Shown here: positions 12,661 to 26,894 of the stretch, piece by piece
Layout: each line of letters begins with the position of its first letter
How positions within the stretch are numbered: the stretch's first letter is position 1
Assembly: GCA_964016885.1 (NCBI GenBank)
Contig: OZ024746.1
Span: 85,746,001 to 85,810,000, forward strand
Origin: Eledone cirrhosa
Lineage: Eukaryota
Reading direction: 5' to 3'
Length of the DNA: 64,000 nt
The notes under the pieces: model-generated
Told to the model about the DNA's origin: nothing
The model's input: the letters and a program-made list of their open reading frames with translations, nothing else
The model's database searches: none
Program-made: the position numbers and the translations under genes

Positions 12661-13489
12661 TAGACATTGAATGATGATGAAGTATCTGTGTGTACGCGCG
12701 CGTACGTTGTTAGATAGGGAGGACACGTGTTTGTGTTTCTCTGTATTGTTTTCAAATTTCTGATTTATCGGAACAGATTATCTCCCCCTTATGTCCTGAC
12801 ATCGAAGTACACGTAGACAAAATTGAAAATTGTTTTATATTTAAATTGAAAATAATTTAATAATTCATTGCTTAGTCTTAGTTTTGAAAAGCCATTTTCC
12901 TAGGTAATAATTTTCTTCTATAAAGCAACTCGCAACGTGGTTTATTTATCACAACTGATATAATTATGGTTTATTAATGAAAGTATATAATGGAATGACA
13001 TTTGTAAGCACGGGAGATAATGAGGAACACATTTCTAACGTCGCACACTTCCGTATACTGATTTTCCCCATCTTTTTGATGATTTATTGATAGTATTAAT
13101 AATAATGATAATTATATATATATAATTATTGTGTGTGTGTAATAGTAGTAAGAAACAGAAACCTGAATTCCTTACACACACTACTCACGTAATTTTCTTC
13201 TATCATAATGGAAAATTAGACACAGGTTATCTGCCCATGTCTTTAAATATATATCTATATATATAGATATATACACACACACACACATAATCATCCACAT
13301 TCCCTTTATCATGGGATTTTATTCCTTAATATTATTCAACGCAAAATACACACATATTTAGAAACATATGTACCCCTTTCTGAGTGTATTTAGAAATTTA
13401 TGTATGTCTCTATAAATAAGTATCATACTATCCTTTATGGACAAACACACATACCTACGTTTTCTTTACACGTGTACCAAAGTAAACCG

Positions 13490-13644
13490 TATTCAATAAA
13501 ACGTTTAGCAAATGATCCCAAAATGCTTTTAAAAAAAAAGGGACAATAATAATTGTATCAAATGATGCTCGTGAGGTGGCTTGGCTGTTTCAATGCTTCA
13601 GTCCCGCTATCACTCGTGGAAATACCGCGAGTACTTTGGGTTGA
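13490..13644 (+). mobile_element. CRE-clade (restriction-like endonuclease) non-LTR retrotransposon C-terminal remnant
   Basis: 13564-13644 reads DAREVAWLFQCFSPAITRGNTASTLG*, resembling the CRE-type terminal motif D.RE..WL.QRLS.AI.RGNAASIL. Confidence 0.6.
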
Positions 13645-14296
13645 CTAAAAAACTAAGAGGGCAACATCAACATTCCCTGTCGTTATGTGCAGGTCTTTTT
13701 TTTCTAACTTTAAAAAATTGTTTAATAATTCCTTATCCCATATAAGTGAACGATTTATTACAACAATAATAGTAAATATTTCTTATTAAAATTTATATAT
13801 TATAAAGAATAATAGTTACCATTTTTATTATCATTTCAGTCCTCTAGAACAGTTACAATTTAACCAAATGATTACGAGAAGGGAGAAATAAATAAAAGAA
13901 ATAAATACACAGAGAAAGAAGGAACATGTTTTGTTTAAAGAGAAAGGAAGGGTAGCGGGGAATTCTTTTGAAATAAATGGAACACACAGACGATAGGTAA
14001 ACAACATTCTTAAACTGGAAAACGAGCCAAATGGTGTTGGTGCAAATTAAAATTCGAATTGAAGACATTACGGTGATTAAACTTGAAAAGAGGCAGGTGA
14101 AACGTGTCGGTAGACAGGGAAGAGTAAACAGACTAAGAGGGTATTGATTATAATATCAGGTGGTTTTTATGCTGTCATAATATATTTGCACCTGAACAAC
14201 AGGTTCAAATCGTAACCTAATGTAGTTATATCGTAGTATATACATACACACACATATATATATTTTTATATATACTAAAAAAAAAAAAAAATTATT

Positions 14297-14336
<40 letters not shown>

Positions 14337-14879
14337 AATAATATATATGAGTTACACAATTATAATTGTTTGTTATCTCAAACACTATTATATGTAAATT
14401 GGAAGGAAATGAGTTATCATTTATGAGAGATCGAATAGTAATGTATCATATTGAACGATCAACATTCTTTCTGATCGTTTTCGTGTTCCTCTGGGTTGTA
14501 TTATATCGACCCATTCATTAATATACTCCTACACCCAAGAAACCACTATGAATGTCAAAGTTGCCTGCTTCGGCAATTCTCCTCCTCACTATTTCTCCTT
14601 ATCGACATTCTGACTATTTCCTTTCTCTCTTTCTCTTTCTCTCTACTATGCCAGCGTCATCGTTCTAGTTAACGGCGGCGATGGTGGAGGAGGAGGACAA
14701 TTTACGCAGCGCAAAATAGTTCCCTTACCAAGCGATACCATTCACTTGTCGTTGCTCTGGTCACAAATTATAAATGAATTCCTAACAACATCTATTCGGC
14801 AGTTTTTTTCGATGTTTTTTTAGTGAAATTGGCGGCTGGGTTTGATTTCACTTAAACAAAACGATTTATATATTTCAGT

Positions 14880-15083
14880 GGAGATAAATATAAACAGCCT
14901 CCGAACTATTTCTCGTCGAAACCTTCCACTCGTCCGGTGGGCGCCATCTTAAGTCACACGGAAGCACGGTCCAGGAGGAGTGAGGCGCCGGTGGACAGTT
15001 TTCTGCGTTAAATATTTCACACCTTTCAGGATCTGGTGCATTGGAAACATACTAAATAACTATCGGCGAATTGGAAGATGGCG
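14880..15083. promoter_or_regulatory. CpG-rich CLTC promoter/5'UTR region, possibly bidirectional
   Basis: Local GC/CpG peak directly upstream of the ATG. YY1-type CGCCATCTT at 14942-14950 and AAGATGGCG at 15075-15083. ETS-like CGGAAG at 14959-14964. The TSS cannot be determined from sequence. Confidence 0.7.
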
Positions 15084-15122
15084 ACTCAATTGCTTCCAAT
15101 ACGTTTTCAAGAGCATTTACAG
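15078..15122 (+). CDS. CLTC: Clathrin heavy chain, coding exon 1 (MATQLLPIRFQEHLQ)
   Basis: ATG at 15078 in context GGAAGATGGCG. Translation matches the clathrin heavy chain N-terminus (human MAQILPIRFQEHLQ). Phase-0 donor CAG|GTAGGT at 15123. Too short to appear in the ORF track. Confidence 0.96.
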
Positions 15123-18100
15123 GTAGGTTCTCCTGTTTTAATTTAAACTGGCATTTCTTATACCACTACAATTTCATGAAAGGGGGCGGCCAGGCTAAAA
15201 AAAAAAAAAAAATGTCTGACTAAAATTGTACACATAGTCGTTTCCTAAGACATGATACAAACAGAAATACTTCTTCCTGGTATTGCGATCGTCTATTTAC
15301 GAATACTTTCACTAAATATATTTACTACTTCTTGACTTCCAGTTCATAATCGTAATTATTTTCAACCTAATGTTATATACGAAGCTATGCTTGCTTCGAC
15401 AGACACAGTCAACGACACCACTAAACTATGTCTTATTTTCAATACTTGTTGATATTCAGATAAATTACTTTTTGTTTATAGGAGAAAAAATAATTTACGA
15501 TTTATTAATTATTATTATTGCTTCTGTTGTTTAATAAGATTAACATATCAAGACAGTTCAGAAAAAAGGGGGCGTTGAAAAGATTTTAAAAGAATTGTTT
15601 CAATTTGATTCTTTAAAATAAGGTCATATTTAATATATATATATATATTTATATATGATCTTATAATTATTTTTTTTAAATTCTGAACCTCAAACTGATA
15701 GATCTATTTTTTTTTTTTAATATCTTAATATCTTAGTTGAGGTATGTGTATGATATATTTTGGTATTCAAGAGAAATATATAATTCTCTTACCTATATAT
15801 ATATATATAATATATATATATATATATAAAGTGCGCTAAGCAGCCGAAATGTGTGTATGTATATATATATATATATTACACAGTAATTTGTCATCTCTTT
15901 ATTAACTTATTTTATATATTTTAAGAATAGTCAATATTTAAACACTTCGGCTATAGGGTTATAATTATATACCTCATACTCGTAGAAATAAATTTCACCA
16001 ATATGAGGAATTTTGAAAAAGAAAAAATGTTCGACACGATTCAATTAACCTCCAGGCTGACAATTTGATGATGAAACTGAAATTGTTTTTTAACCACAGA
16101 ATTAACACCGTCAACCACATTCGTTCGAGTTGAATCAATAACTTTAGATAATCACTTATTATTGTCAGTGTAGTGGTTGGCAGAACCGATAGAACGATTG
16201 ACAACATATTTTGTGGTATTTAGTTACGTCCCCTTACACCCCGTGTTCGAATCTCGTTAGAGTCGATGCCGTTCGTTCTTCTGTGGATCGATCAAATAAG
16301 TACATCAAGTAAGTGCAAAGGTCGATTTATGCCCCTTGTCTCAAATTGTGTGACCTTGTGTCTGTTTGAAATCATTATTTTTTTTTTTATTCGGCTTTGT
16401 TTTTTACCTGCTGCATTATGAGGATTATATTTGTTTTGTGCTTGTATTGAACATGGTTCTGTGTGATCTGGAAATGTAACAGTTGCTAAAATCGCTGACT
16501 CCCTAGCTGTTTCACATCACAGAACCTTCATCCACCCATTTCACCCTATTTACATTCTTTTACACACACAATTTCATACAAAATATACAATTTTCTATAA
16601 ATATTCATTCATTCATAGATTAAAAATCGGCTCACATATATATTATCTATAATGGATGTATGTATGTGGAAGGACAGTTAACGCATTTATTTGTTAAAAC
16701 CAATCATATTTACTGGATATTTATTTTTTAATATAAATAGTATGTTTATGAAAATTACTTAGAAACATAGCAGTCTTGATTGTTATGATCCAGTGGTGCT
16801 GTTGAACAAATTATCTTAACACAACGCATTTGGTCTATAAGTGGGGGTTTAGCCAGCTGTTTATAGCCTAATTTTAGCTGGACCCTCTTTTTTTGACCAC
16901 TTTGTGCGTCTCGGTAAAAATATAATTCGACATTCTTCAGACATGTCTTTATTTTTACATACTTGCATTACGATATAAAGTTTAAATAAGTCATTTACAT
17001 GATGAATTTCTTCTAAACTCGTACGCTTCAGTCGAATATTAATTATTAATAGCTTGATGTAAATTGTGTATGAGATACGCCCCCCTATATGCCACCACGC
17101 ACGTTAAATCTCCTAGCACTGCTACCTTATTTATTACTCATGCTTTATGGCGTGATGTTTTTCTCTTGTATATATGTATTCTTTTGACGGCTTACCTTTT
17201 CGTTGTCTTTTACTCAGTCATCGTTCATAGACTCTCTTATTATATAATCAATATTTGTTGTCTTCGTTTCACAATTTCTTTTTATCGAATTCGTTATCTT
17301 TTATGCTATTGAAGAGTAATTAGTTGTTGGATTTCTTAAGGAAATCACTCCTTCTCGAGTGAATGATTCAACTTACTTCGCTACCCCCCCCCCACATTAA
17401 ATATGTTCGTGTTTCTAATTAATATATACTTTACTGCCTCATGACTTGTCTAACGACGAATACATGTGTGTGTGTGTATATACACACACACACACATACA
17501 AACCAGATGGTTCCTACAATACAATTAGAGTAATATTATTCGATAATCTATTCGAGAACCATCTAATTGTTTCATGTAAATTGTTAAATATAAATTATAT
17601 CTTATAATAGAAATGATGTTGGTGAAATATACGATATTATGTCAGTCACGATTTTTACATAATCGCCATCGTATTTAATGATTTTGTCATCTGAACTGAA
17701 TTTAGTTGTGATTTCCATAGCAATATTTAAATATATTAACAGCCGTATAGAATGTCGTTTCTGTGACTATGAACCTTATGGTTGGTTATTTTATGTAGTC
17801 CTTTGGTAAATATTCATTGCAGAAGTAGGAATCTAATGAATCTTCTTTGATTATGATTTTTTTATTTATTTATTTTTTTATTGAACTTTGTACATGTTCT
17901 AGATCGTTTAAGATCATGAGCAGTTTAAATATATTAAGTTTAAAATTCAGCTTCATTTTAAGGTATGGCTGTTGAAACCTGTCGATACATATGTATGATG
18001 ATTGAGCTCTCTAGCGAGATTTTCAAGTCCAAATATGTTGGGGCTTTTAGAGGTCAAATTATTTTTGTGTTTTTATTTTATTGTTGAGTGGGGGCGTGTA

Positions 18101-20344
18101 CTCATCGATATGGTGACTTGTTGCTTATTCTCGTCACTAGGTGGCTATCAGCAACAGGATGAAACTAAAGGAACACTCAGCTCGACCCTTTTGTCTGTTT
18201 ACTTAATTCTTTTTAGTATTGATTTCTGTGCGATATATTAAGAATGTAGGTCTGATGACTGATTGTACTAATCTTTAATTGCATTTATTTATTCATGTTA
18301 TCGATTATTACCTTTCATCAGTTTCCAGCAAGCTCTTCTCATCTTACCGCCTCTTTAGTGTCAGTTAATCGTTCTGATTTTACTTAGTTACCTTCAATAA
18401 GGAAGTGTTTTTACAATAAATCTACTACCATCGCTGATAAAGAATTACATGTATTAATGTCTTTCATAATTATTGGTTACAGCATTTGTTTAGGTGGCAA
18501 CAACCCACATAATCACGTTGGCTTCTTGATACACCCCCTTTCACTATTTTTAGAATACCTTATTGTATTGTGATATGGTACTAATCAATTGATTAGTTGT
18601 AAAAGGTGTTTATTATTATTGCTGCTCGAGTTCCAATTTATGCTTACTATAATATGGCTTGTACTGCTGTCCACTGTCATTCAGTAACGACATAGAGGAA
18701 CAACACTCCTTTCTTTTCTGACGTCTCATTAGTATTTCATTTTATTTTTTTCTTCCCTCGTACCTTAATTTAACTAGGTCATTAGTATAACTTGCTATTG
18801 CTTCATTGACGAATAAGCATCACAATCCATTTCTGTCCGTTGTCCACGTCAGGTGTGTGTCATGGCGGCTTCTCGACACTTCACACCAATTAAATTTGGT
18901 TACTCAGACAAACCCTTTGCTTATTATTTTAAGTTGTTTTTTTTTTTTGTTTTTTCTCACATTATATCAACTTCCTCTAGGTTATTTTTAGTTTGCTAAG
19001 ATATCGTGACAAAGGCTGATTTTTTTTTTTTTAATACACAGTTTGAGTATTAGTCATTTACTGCCGATTCAGCGCTCATTTTCATTTCCGTCTTGTAATT
19101 CACAAATTCCATTGAATGTCTTTGTAAAAACAGACGGTGATAGTTAAGTATTCAATATTTACTTAGTTAAAAATATTGAATTGTAATTTGATTAACATTA
19201 TTCGAAAAAAAGAACCGTTTCAATATTAGTGATTACCTTGTTTTTGTTTTTTAATGTTCAGTATTTTCCCCCTTCCTCCCCAACTCACAATACCGCTTTT
19301 TCATTAGTTGGTTTCTTTCATTTTTGGCAAATTTCGATAATTGTTCAGAACGTACCTCCTTTTGTATTAGCCACTCAACCGTAGAATGACAGTTTTCAAG
19401 GAATTTATTTAGTTTTAAATTGTCGTTTTGTTTCTTTTATGGCTATAGTTAGATTACATTTATTGAAAAAGTGACACATATCAAAAAGTTAGATTTTATT
19501 CTATGAAGATGTTTTTGTCTCTTAAATAGCTCTTAATGGCCTCGCCATTTTTGCAAGTTGTTAGTGCTACGTTGGACTAAATGATCTTGCCCTCCTTGTC
19601 TATCTTATGTAAACCTACTACATTTTAAATAAAATGTTATATTCACTTTACTTCCTGTTGAATTCAAATTACCATTTTAGATGTTCGAATCGGTGTAAGA
19701 AGCTTGACCTTGATGCATCACCTCTTCTATTGTACTAATTATAATTTCTAATTATCTGCTATTTTATCATTTTACTGCCTTTTTTCATGCTGGCATAAGT
19801 TGGACAGGTCATCACGTTCCAATAAAAGACCGGTCGCGTAATCGTTTTATTCGGACGTTTCATATTTTGACATGATTTCTACGACTGAATGCCCTTCCTA
19901 ACGCCAACCACTTTAGAGTGCACTGGGTGCATTTTGTCGTGACACTAGTATGTCATTTTTGTGCACATATTACTGTTATATCGTTAAGACTTTATAGTCT
20001 GAAAACTATCCGCTCTTTCAAAGAATGTCTCCTCAGGGCATTGGGGTTAGACATTTCAGTGGGTTGTTGGAGTTGCTATGATAGGGTTTTGAAGAAGAAT
20101 TATTTGGCACATATGTTTGAGTGTAATAAGAGATTAGAGGCACATGTGTTGAGTGGTTCCAATGAATTCATTAATGGGGAAAGGATCATTGCAATTTACG
20201 AATGAAGAGAAAGTAAAACACTGACAGTCAATAAGTATTTCAAACGGCCAAATAAATTTTGTATCCATGGTGCCAGATATTGAACACAAAAACACATTTC
20301 TAAAAATAAAATTTGCAACAAGCTCATAGGACTTTGCAAAGTGA

Positions 20345-20630
20345 GTATTAGTTTCAATACCGGATGTACCATTTTCTAAGATTTAAAGAATCCTTATTTC
20401 AAAACTGGACATGTCACTACCCACTTTCTCTTTAAAAGGAGTGTGAAACGATTTAAAGAAGCAAGTAAGGTGGTTTGAAGAAACATTATTTCAATACTAA
20501 ACTTACCATTATCCAGGATTTAAAGAATCATTATTTCAATACTAGACATAGTGTTATCTAATGTTATTTTTGAAAATAAAGTGGTTTAAAGAAACTTTTG
20601 AAGAAACATTATCTCAAAACTAAGTTATTC
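20345..20630 (+). repeat. Diverged tandem repeat of TTTRAAGAAWCATTATTTCAAWACT (four to five copies)
   Basis: The motif recurs at about 20381, 20474, 20519 and 20597, with a partial copy at 20345. Confidence 0.6.
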
Positions 20631-23023
20631 TCTCTACCAGAAAAACCCAAAGTCCAGCAACAGCATCCTTAGGGATAGATGGTTACACTGATTCTCACTT
20701 TTGGTTCCTGCACATTTTTCAACCACACCCCACTGCTTCTGCTGGCAGGCTAAACTTAGAGAGGGACTGGATACTTGGAGAGGAGTTAGGCATTGCCAAT
20801 CATTTCTAAGGCCAATTAAAATACTATGATGGACAGTTAAACATCTAGTAATACCCCAGTAACTGGCTGTGCCAGTTACAGGAATTTGATTAATTGTTTT
20901 AGATATTTAATAACTGGATATTACTGATTATAGTGATACAACATAACTAGTTCACTCTTTCCAAATAGCTTTCTTGGTGTGCTGCTTAAAGGTGCTAATA
21001 TTTTATAATCTAACATAATTGCACATGAAATTTTGACATTCAGTTAACTTCACTTGATTACACATAATCTACCCCCTGTTAGACATGAAATGTGGTGCCT
21101 ATTACCCTTTATGAAACAACTAATTATATGATAGGTGCAAGCATGACTGTGTGGTTAAGAAATTTGCCTCATAAATGGTTTGGTGTTCCATCCTACTATG
21201 TGGAATGTTGAACATCTATAACCTTGAGTCAGCCAATTCCTTGAATGAATTTGGTAGATTGAAAGTGTCAGTTTATCACCTGCATTTTCATATAGGTAAT
21301 GTTTAAAGAAAGCAGTGATGTTTGTTTTTTGTTCCACATAATACATCCCACAGCATTGTGGTTCAACAAAGATGAGTAGTATGTACTATAAGATATGGCT
21401 TTTAGGGTATCGAACTATAGAAAAAAAAAAAACACTTTAAAAAAATTTCGTCCAAATCATGCTAGCATCAAAAAGATGTAAAATTGGTGGTAAATATGAA
21501 AAGTTCTTATAAATAAAAATTTTCAAATTGAAGAAAGATTGCTTTTTTACGATATGGAAAATATATCAGACTATTCTTTTAGCAATTATATTGTTGGGGT
21601 AAATATCTCGAAGTGTTCTGCATACTAAATACAAAAATGTTATGGTTTCAAAATTGGAATATGGTGAGTTGAGAAACTTTGATAATCTGAGATTATCTCA
21701 TAATAGACAAAAACTCATTCTAGGAGTATTTAAAATAAAAAGAATAAGCATGGGAGACAACTCCAATAAGATCAGTTGACATGAATTTTTGTACAATTTA
21801 GATTGGAGTTAATCCTGGTCTTGAAAGCTGGCTGGTGAAATCAAGACGTTTTGCTCTTGATGGGACCCTTCCCTCCCCAGCAAAGCCTTATCTATTCTGT
21901 TGAAAAAAAATCTTCAATGCTGGCTTGGGTTGGATGAGACTTCTTGTTCCAGTATTCTACTGTTGAATATAGTGAGTTTTTATGATGAAATTTTTACGCC
22001 AAAAATAGGTTGCACTATACACATGTATTTGTTTGTGAGAGGGTAGTCATGCGTGTTTGGTGATCATAAACTACCAGGTAACCCTACTATAAATTCTCAA
22101 TTTGGAGAAAATAAGAGAGAGCTAAATAAACTCAGTTGAAGCATAGTTTTGCAAAGTCAATATCTCTGATGTAAACACATGCAAACAAAGATGCATGCAA
22201 ATCTGAGAAAAGGAGAAACTGTTGTTCATTCTTCCTTTTATAAAGTGCTTGTAGATTTTAAGTGGCATACATAATGGATGAGGTGTTCATGTAGCAACAA
22301 AAAGTAGGCAGTAGGCCCACCATAAAAGAGTTTATTATGCCAGAGGGCTCCTAATCAGGCATGAACAAAAGCAAATCTTTATTCAGTTAGGTGTTTTGAG
22401 TGATTAAGATCAAAGAAGACATTTTTATAGTAGAGATAAAACTGTTTTAAGAAATCTGGATGAGGATTTGAAGGAAATCCTTGTTGGACTCATTTGCTGG
22501 ATGTCATTTATTCTTATAGAAGTGTTCTTTTATACATTGCTGTAAAATTGGGAGCCTTTCGATAAGAGTTGGTGGTTAAATATTAGGCAGCACTAATCAT
22601 GTTTGTTATGATAAAGAATTATCTAACAATTTGCAAGACTGAACATGCTTTACTCAGTGAGTGCTTAATTTTGGACTTGCATATTTCAATCTTTCTTTTC
22701 ATATGGCTGAGAAGGCAAAATGGATAGATGGATAAACCATTAAGCTTTTACTAGCACATGGCTCATGTTGATATTTATTTATTGCAGTTGATCTATTTTC
22801 TTAGGACAGGATGGTTCACCTTGCTATTAAGAATAGGAGAGTTTGGATTTTTGCTAATGTTATGTGATTAAGTTAAATTATAAAAACAGTTGTTTTTATT
22901 TGAGAGCTAGGCATTTGTTTTGGCTTTTTTTAATATATGGATACTTGCCAAGTATTCCAAATTTTAATTTCACATGTTTTCAACACTAGCTCAATAATTG
23001 ACAGAAAAATAGAAATTCTTAAG

Positions 23024-23843
23024 TACAAAGTCTATCAAAAAAGTGTCTTACCTTAGGCTGGGAGAAATGAATTATGCACTTGGTGGGGTTCAATTGCTAA
23101 TCTCCTTTAAAGTAAGACCCTTGTGCTTCTGTTCAAAGCATAATTGGAATGCTTCTTTCTCAATGGTTTTCAGTTCTGCCACCAAGTACATATTATTTTG
23201 GCTCTGTGTGAGTTTTTGGTGACATCTTCCTTTTTTGGGAACAACTAGATGTCAAGAAGGGCAATGTCTGGAGGGTAGGAAGCCTGGCGAATGAGTGAAA
23301 TGTCTTTCTTTGCCAAAAAGCCATGGATCAGTTGTGATGAATGAGGCCAGAGTGTTGTGATGCAGCTGCCAGTTTTGCAAGTCTCATAGATCCAGTCTCT
23401 TGTACTGAAGTGCATCAGAAAAACATTGGAATATTTACTGATAGTACCCCATTCTGTTTGTCTGTTTGATGTGTATTTGTGATGCACAATGCTTTGGTAG
23501 TTAAAGAAAACAATTAGCATTACCTGGATTTTGCTCTGCACCAAACCTGCTATTTTACGCCTTGGTAATGTTGGATTCTTCCACTGAGCTTTGGTTTCTG
23601 GGTTGTATACACCTGTGTTTCATCTCTAGTTATCACAAAATTCAAAAACTCGGGATCCTTGATGGTGTAATATTTGGTGTAATGAAGATGCACCGAGTAA
23701 TACAGCAACTGATGTATCCAGTGAGCTTTCCCCAAACCATGCTTGCGTGTTAATATATGTGGCTCCACTCTGCACACCTGTCTCTTTAACATCTTACTTA
23801 CCACAGGTAAAAATAGTTAGATACTTTTTCATCAGACCTTGTA
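23024..23843 (-). mobile_element. Internally deleted mariner (Tc1/mariner) element, about 820 bp
   Basis: TA-flanked imperfect TIRs (TACAAAGTCTATCAAAAAAGTGTCT versus reverse complement TACAAGGTCTGATGAAAAAGTATCT). Transposase remnants DPEFLNFVITRDETQVY, SKIQVMLIVFFNYQSIVHH and HSSQLIHGFLAK...QASYPPDIA. Confidence 0.88.
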
Positions 23844-24735
23844 TATATATCCATATTATATCTAGAATTGATGTTTCTCGCTGAATTTTAATCATTATTA
23901 AATTTCAATTTGAGTTCAAATCCCGCCGAGGTTAACTTTGCCTTTCATCCTTACGGGGTCGATAAAATAAAGTACCAGTAATACACTGGGTAATTGCTGG
24001 CCTTGTGCCTAACGTAGAAACAATTATTAAATTTCAATTTGTGTTATGTTATCAAATACTAGTAAGTGGCATTTTTTTCATGTTACTTTTTGTCTAATTA
24101 CTGAGCTGTTTATCTTAGTTTTTAATAAAACTTTTCTATTTGTTGGAATATTTCAGCTGCCATACATGATTTTAAAATGCGTATATGTACTGTTAGAGAT
24201 AGTGTTCAAATTTAGTGGGAATGGCAAAGAATGTGAAGTATTTGATATTGTAAAAAAGTTGTTAAAATTGAAGGCAAACATTTTCTAAATAAAAATGCTC
24301 TTCTGTAACTGCTTTTAAAGTGGTGTATCTTAAAAACAAAGTGGTAATATTGTTACTAAAATTTCAGCTTGATAACTTTTAGTCAATTTAAAATACAATT
24401 GATAGTGATTGTTAATGCTCTCTCAACATACTTATTTCTTAAAAATCAGTTCTTTTGAATGGATATTTTGCTTCAGTGCTAGTTGACCATGCAGCTTTTA
24501 GCTGTAGCTAACATAGTTGTCTGAACAAACAAATGAGACATGTCTTACCATGGACACAGCCTATGAAATTTTAGGCAGCTACAGCTTCACATAGATTTTA
24601 TAGAATTAAACTGTCAAGTATGTGTTAAAATCTATAAATCAGCTAGCCATTTATTAATGCTATGCCAGAAGTCTTCATAACAATTTTAGGCAAATTCTTT
24701 ACTGTTAGGATTGAGAATATGGCACAGTTTGTGAG

Positions 24736-24948
24736 TTAACCCTTTAGCATTTACATTATTCTATATATACTATTGTATTTTCGTGGCAAAGGCTTTATCT
24801 CGCATAATATTGAATCTATGAGATTTTAATATTATTTATCAGAACAATACCTTAACATCAGTATGAGTAGCCAGTTACAGCCAGCTTGAACAGAAAGAGG
24901 TGAAAGAATTCTGGCTTGATGTGGCCAGTTTAAATGCTAAAAGGTTAA
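24736..24948. mobile_element. TTAA-flanked MITE (piggyBac-like ends), full copy
   Basis: TTAA-CCCTTTAGCATTTA ... TAAATGCTAAAAGG-TTAA; the same body recurs at least three more times in the window. Confidence 0.8.
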
Positions 24949-25869
24949 TAACAAATATATTGTAGAAATAATCATGTATATATATTTTACATAATCATTG
25001 CTTGGATGGACTTACTCCATGTTTTTCTTTCTCAAATTTCTCCCATTTAATCTTAACTTAAAGTTTATACCTACGTCTTTACTCAACCTTTTTTTAACAA
25101 CTTCTTAGAAATTCAAATGCTTGGCTTGGCTCGGCTATTTGGTTCTCAGTTCACTTAAGCTGATCAGCACCATGAGCAGGTGATTTCTATGATATACTTG
25201 AGTCAACCCAAGCTTTGAGAGTAAAATTGAGTAGATGGAATCTATACAGAAGCCTGTCAAGTGAATTATACTTATTCTTGTATGGTAGACTTAATCCATT
25301 GCAGTTTAACAGTACCATCTGCTTTTGGGTGCTTTTAGCAAACTCACTCTGTTTGTAATCATTCAGAACATGCCTCCAGTTAGATGCCAACATTTTTTCC
25401 CCACCAGTCTTAGAAGCCATGCAAAAAAGTGATAATGGGCGCTACTCCTTTCTAAACTCTTAATTTTCATTATCACTATCTAGGTTTGGTAGGGCTTACT
25501 GTGTAACTTGCAATATTTAGTTTATAAACCCCAGTTTTGTATGTACAGCAGATTACTTATTTATATGAAAGCCTGTTCCTCAAGTTTGTTCCATCCACTA
25601 CAAAATCATTTCTGTTATATAGGCCAGATTGCTACCTTAAACAATTTTGTGGTACTTATATGTGAAGTTTGTTTTGCTTCACCTGTCTGTTAAACTCTGG
25701 TTGCTTTACTGTTTTATACTTTTGGTTGTCCTTTTACCTTTAATTTTTTTCTACATTTTGTATTATAGACCTCAAAAGTAGAAAATACTGTTCTTTTCTG
25801 TTATAGTGAACAAAATATTGAACACATTTCAGAAAATTCAGGCATGTTTAGCATGCACGACCACAATTA

Positions 25870-26550
25870 CAAATTGATTGCCTCAACTTGTCAGCATTCA
25901 TTCAGAATGGAGTGAGGCAGTCCCGACTACTGCATCCCCAACAGACTACCCATGCATGGCAATCACAGACATTCGAAACAGATATTATCAGCTAGTCATG
26001 ATTCTAATAGCAGACACCATATTAGTTCAAGATCTGGCTTGGTTTTGCCAATCCACATTTTTAGCTGTCCACCTTGCCATTTATGCCATCTTGGGAGGAG
26101 GCTCTGGTGTAGTGTGTTGCAGGTGATTTCAATTTGTGGGTGGATGGAGCGCATGATCAAACCAATGGAGGTTTTTTTTGAGAAGTTGTTGAAGGAAAAC
26201 TATCCAGTAGCAACAGTAAATTTTGACACAAAATCAATGCGTGACTTTGAGGATTTGTTGATGACAAAAGTGAGAAAAAAAATTCTAGATTTGCATTAAT
26301 TCATTGCTCACATTGGCATGTCTCAGAGATACATAGAAAGGTGGTAGAAACAAGTATTCAATAAATGTAGATTTTTGTGGCTAGATGGATATCTGACCTA
26401 GATCAGATTGGAGACTGCATGGTTGATGTGGACACCTGTCTCATTTTTACCTTGACTTATGGCAGTGAAGGTGGTTCTGAGGTACTTGAATTGATCATCT
26501 TGCCATTGAGTATGACAGGGTCCCTTTCAGAAGGGGAATGCTAACATACT
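25870..26550 (-). mobile_element. Further RTE-lineage 3' fragment (related copy at about 48705-48950 on +)
   Basis: Minus strand reads LHWFDHAL...PEPPPRWHKWQGGQLKMWIGKTKPDLE. The GGTGGACA...AAAATGTGGATTGGCA...GATCTTGA.CTAATAT block recurs at 48742-48797. Confidence 0.68.
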
Positions 26551-26894
26551 ATCTTTGGTACATTGGGGCTGTATCTTATTTTTCCTTTCATTATTGTTAT
26601 GGCTATTGCTCTTCTGAATCCTTCACTTTAAGCATATGACACACCCATTTTTCTTCTACAAATATTATTTCATCTACTTAATCATTTATTCCTACAATTA
26701 TATTCTAAGACTTGTAGGTTTATGTTGAAAAAAGAACTGGAACAAGATTTAACTTTATTTATGTCAACAAACTTAACATTAGTCATTTAACTTCTATCAA
26801 CACATCACATTTTTTTTTTGTGGTTGTCCCACTACGTGTTAGAAGTACAAAATGAAATTCTATATGATTTTCCTCTCTTTTAGTTATTCATTAA

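Noticed and set aside
15015-15030. CACCTTTCAG as an acceptor for an upstream non-coding CLTC exon, or a TCT-type initiator
   Set aside because: Both readings are possible and there is no matching upstream donor evidence; this cannot be decided without transcript data.
25952-26299. 115-aa plus-strand ORF region with AGDFN in another frame
   Set aside because: The minus strand matches an RTE C-terminus much better; the plus-strand ORF is incidental.
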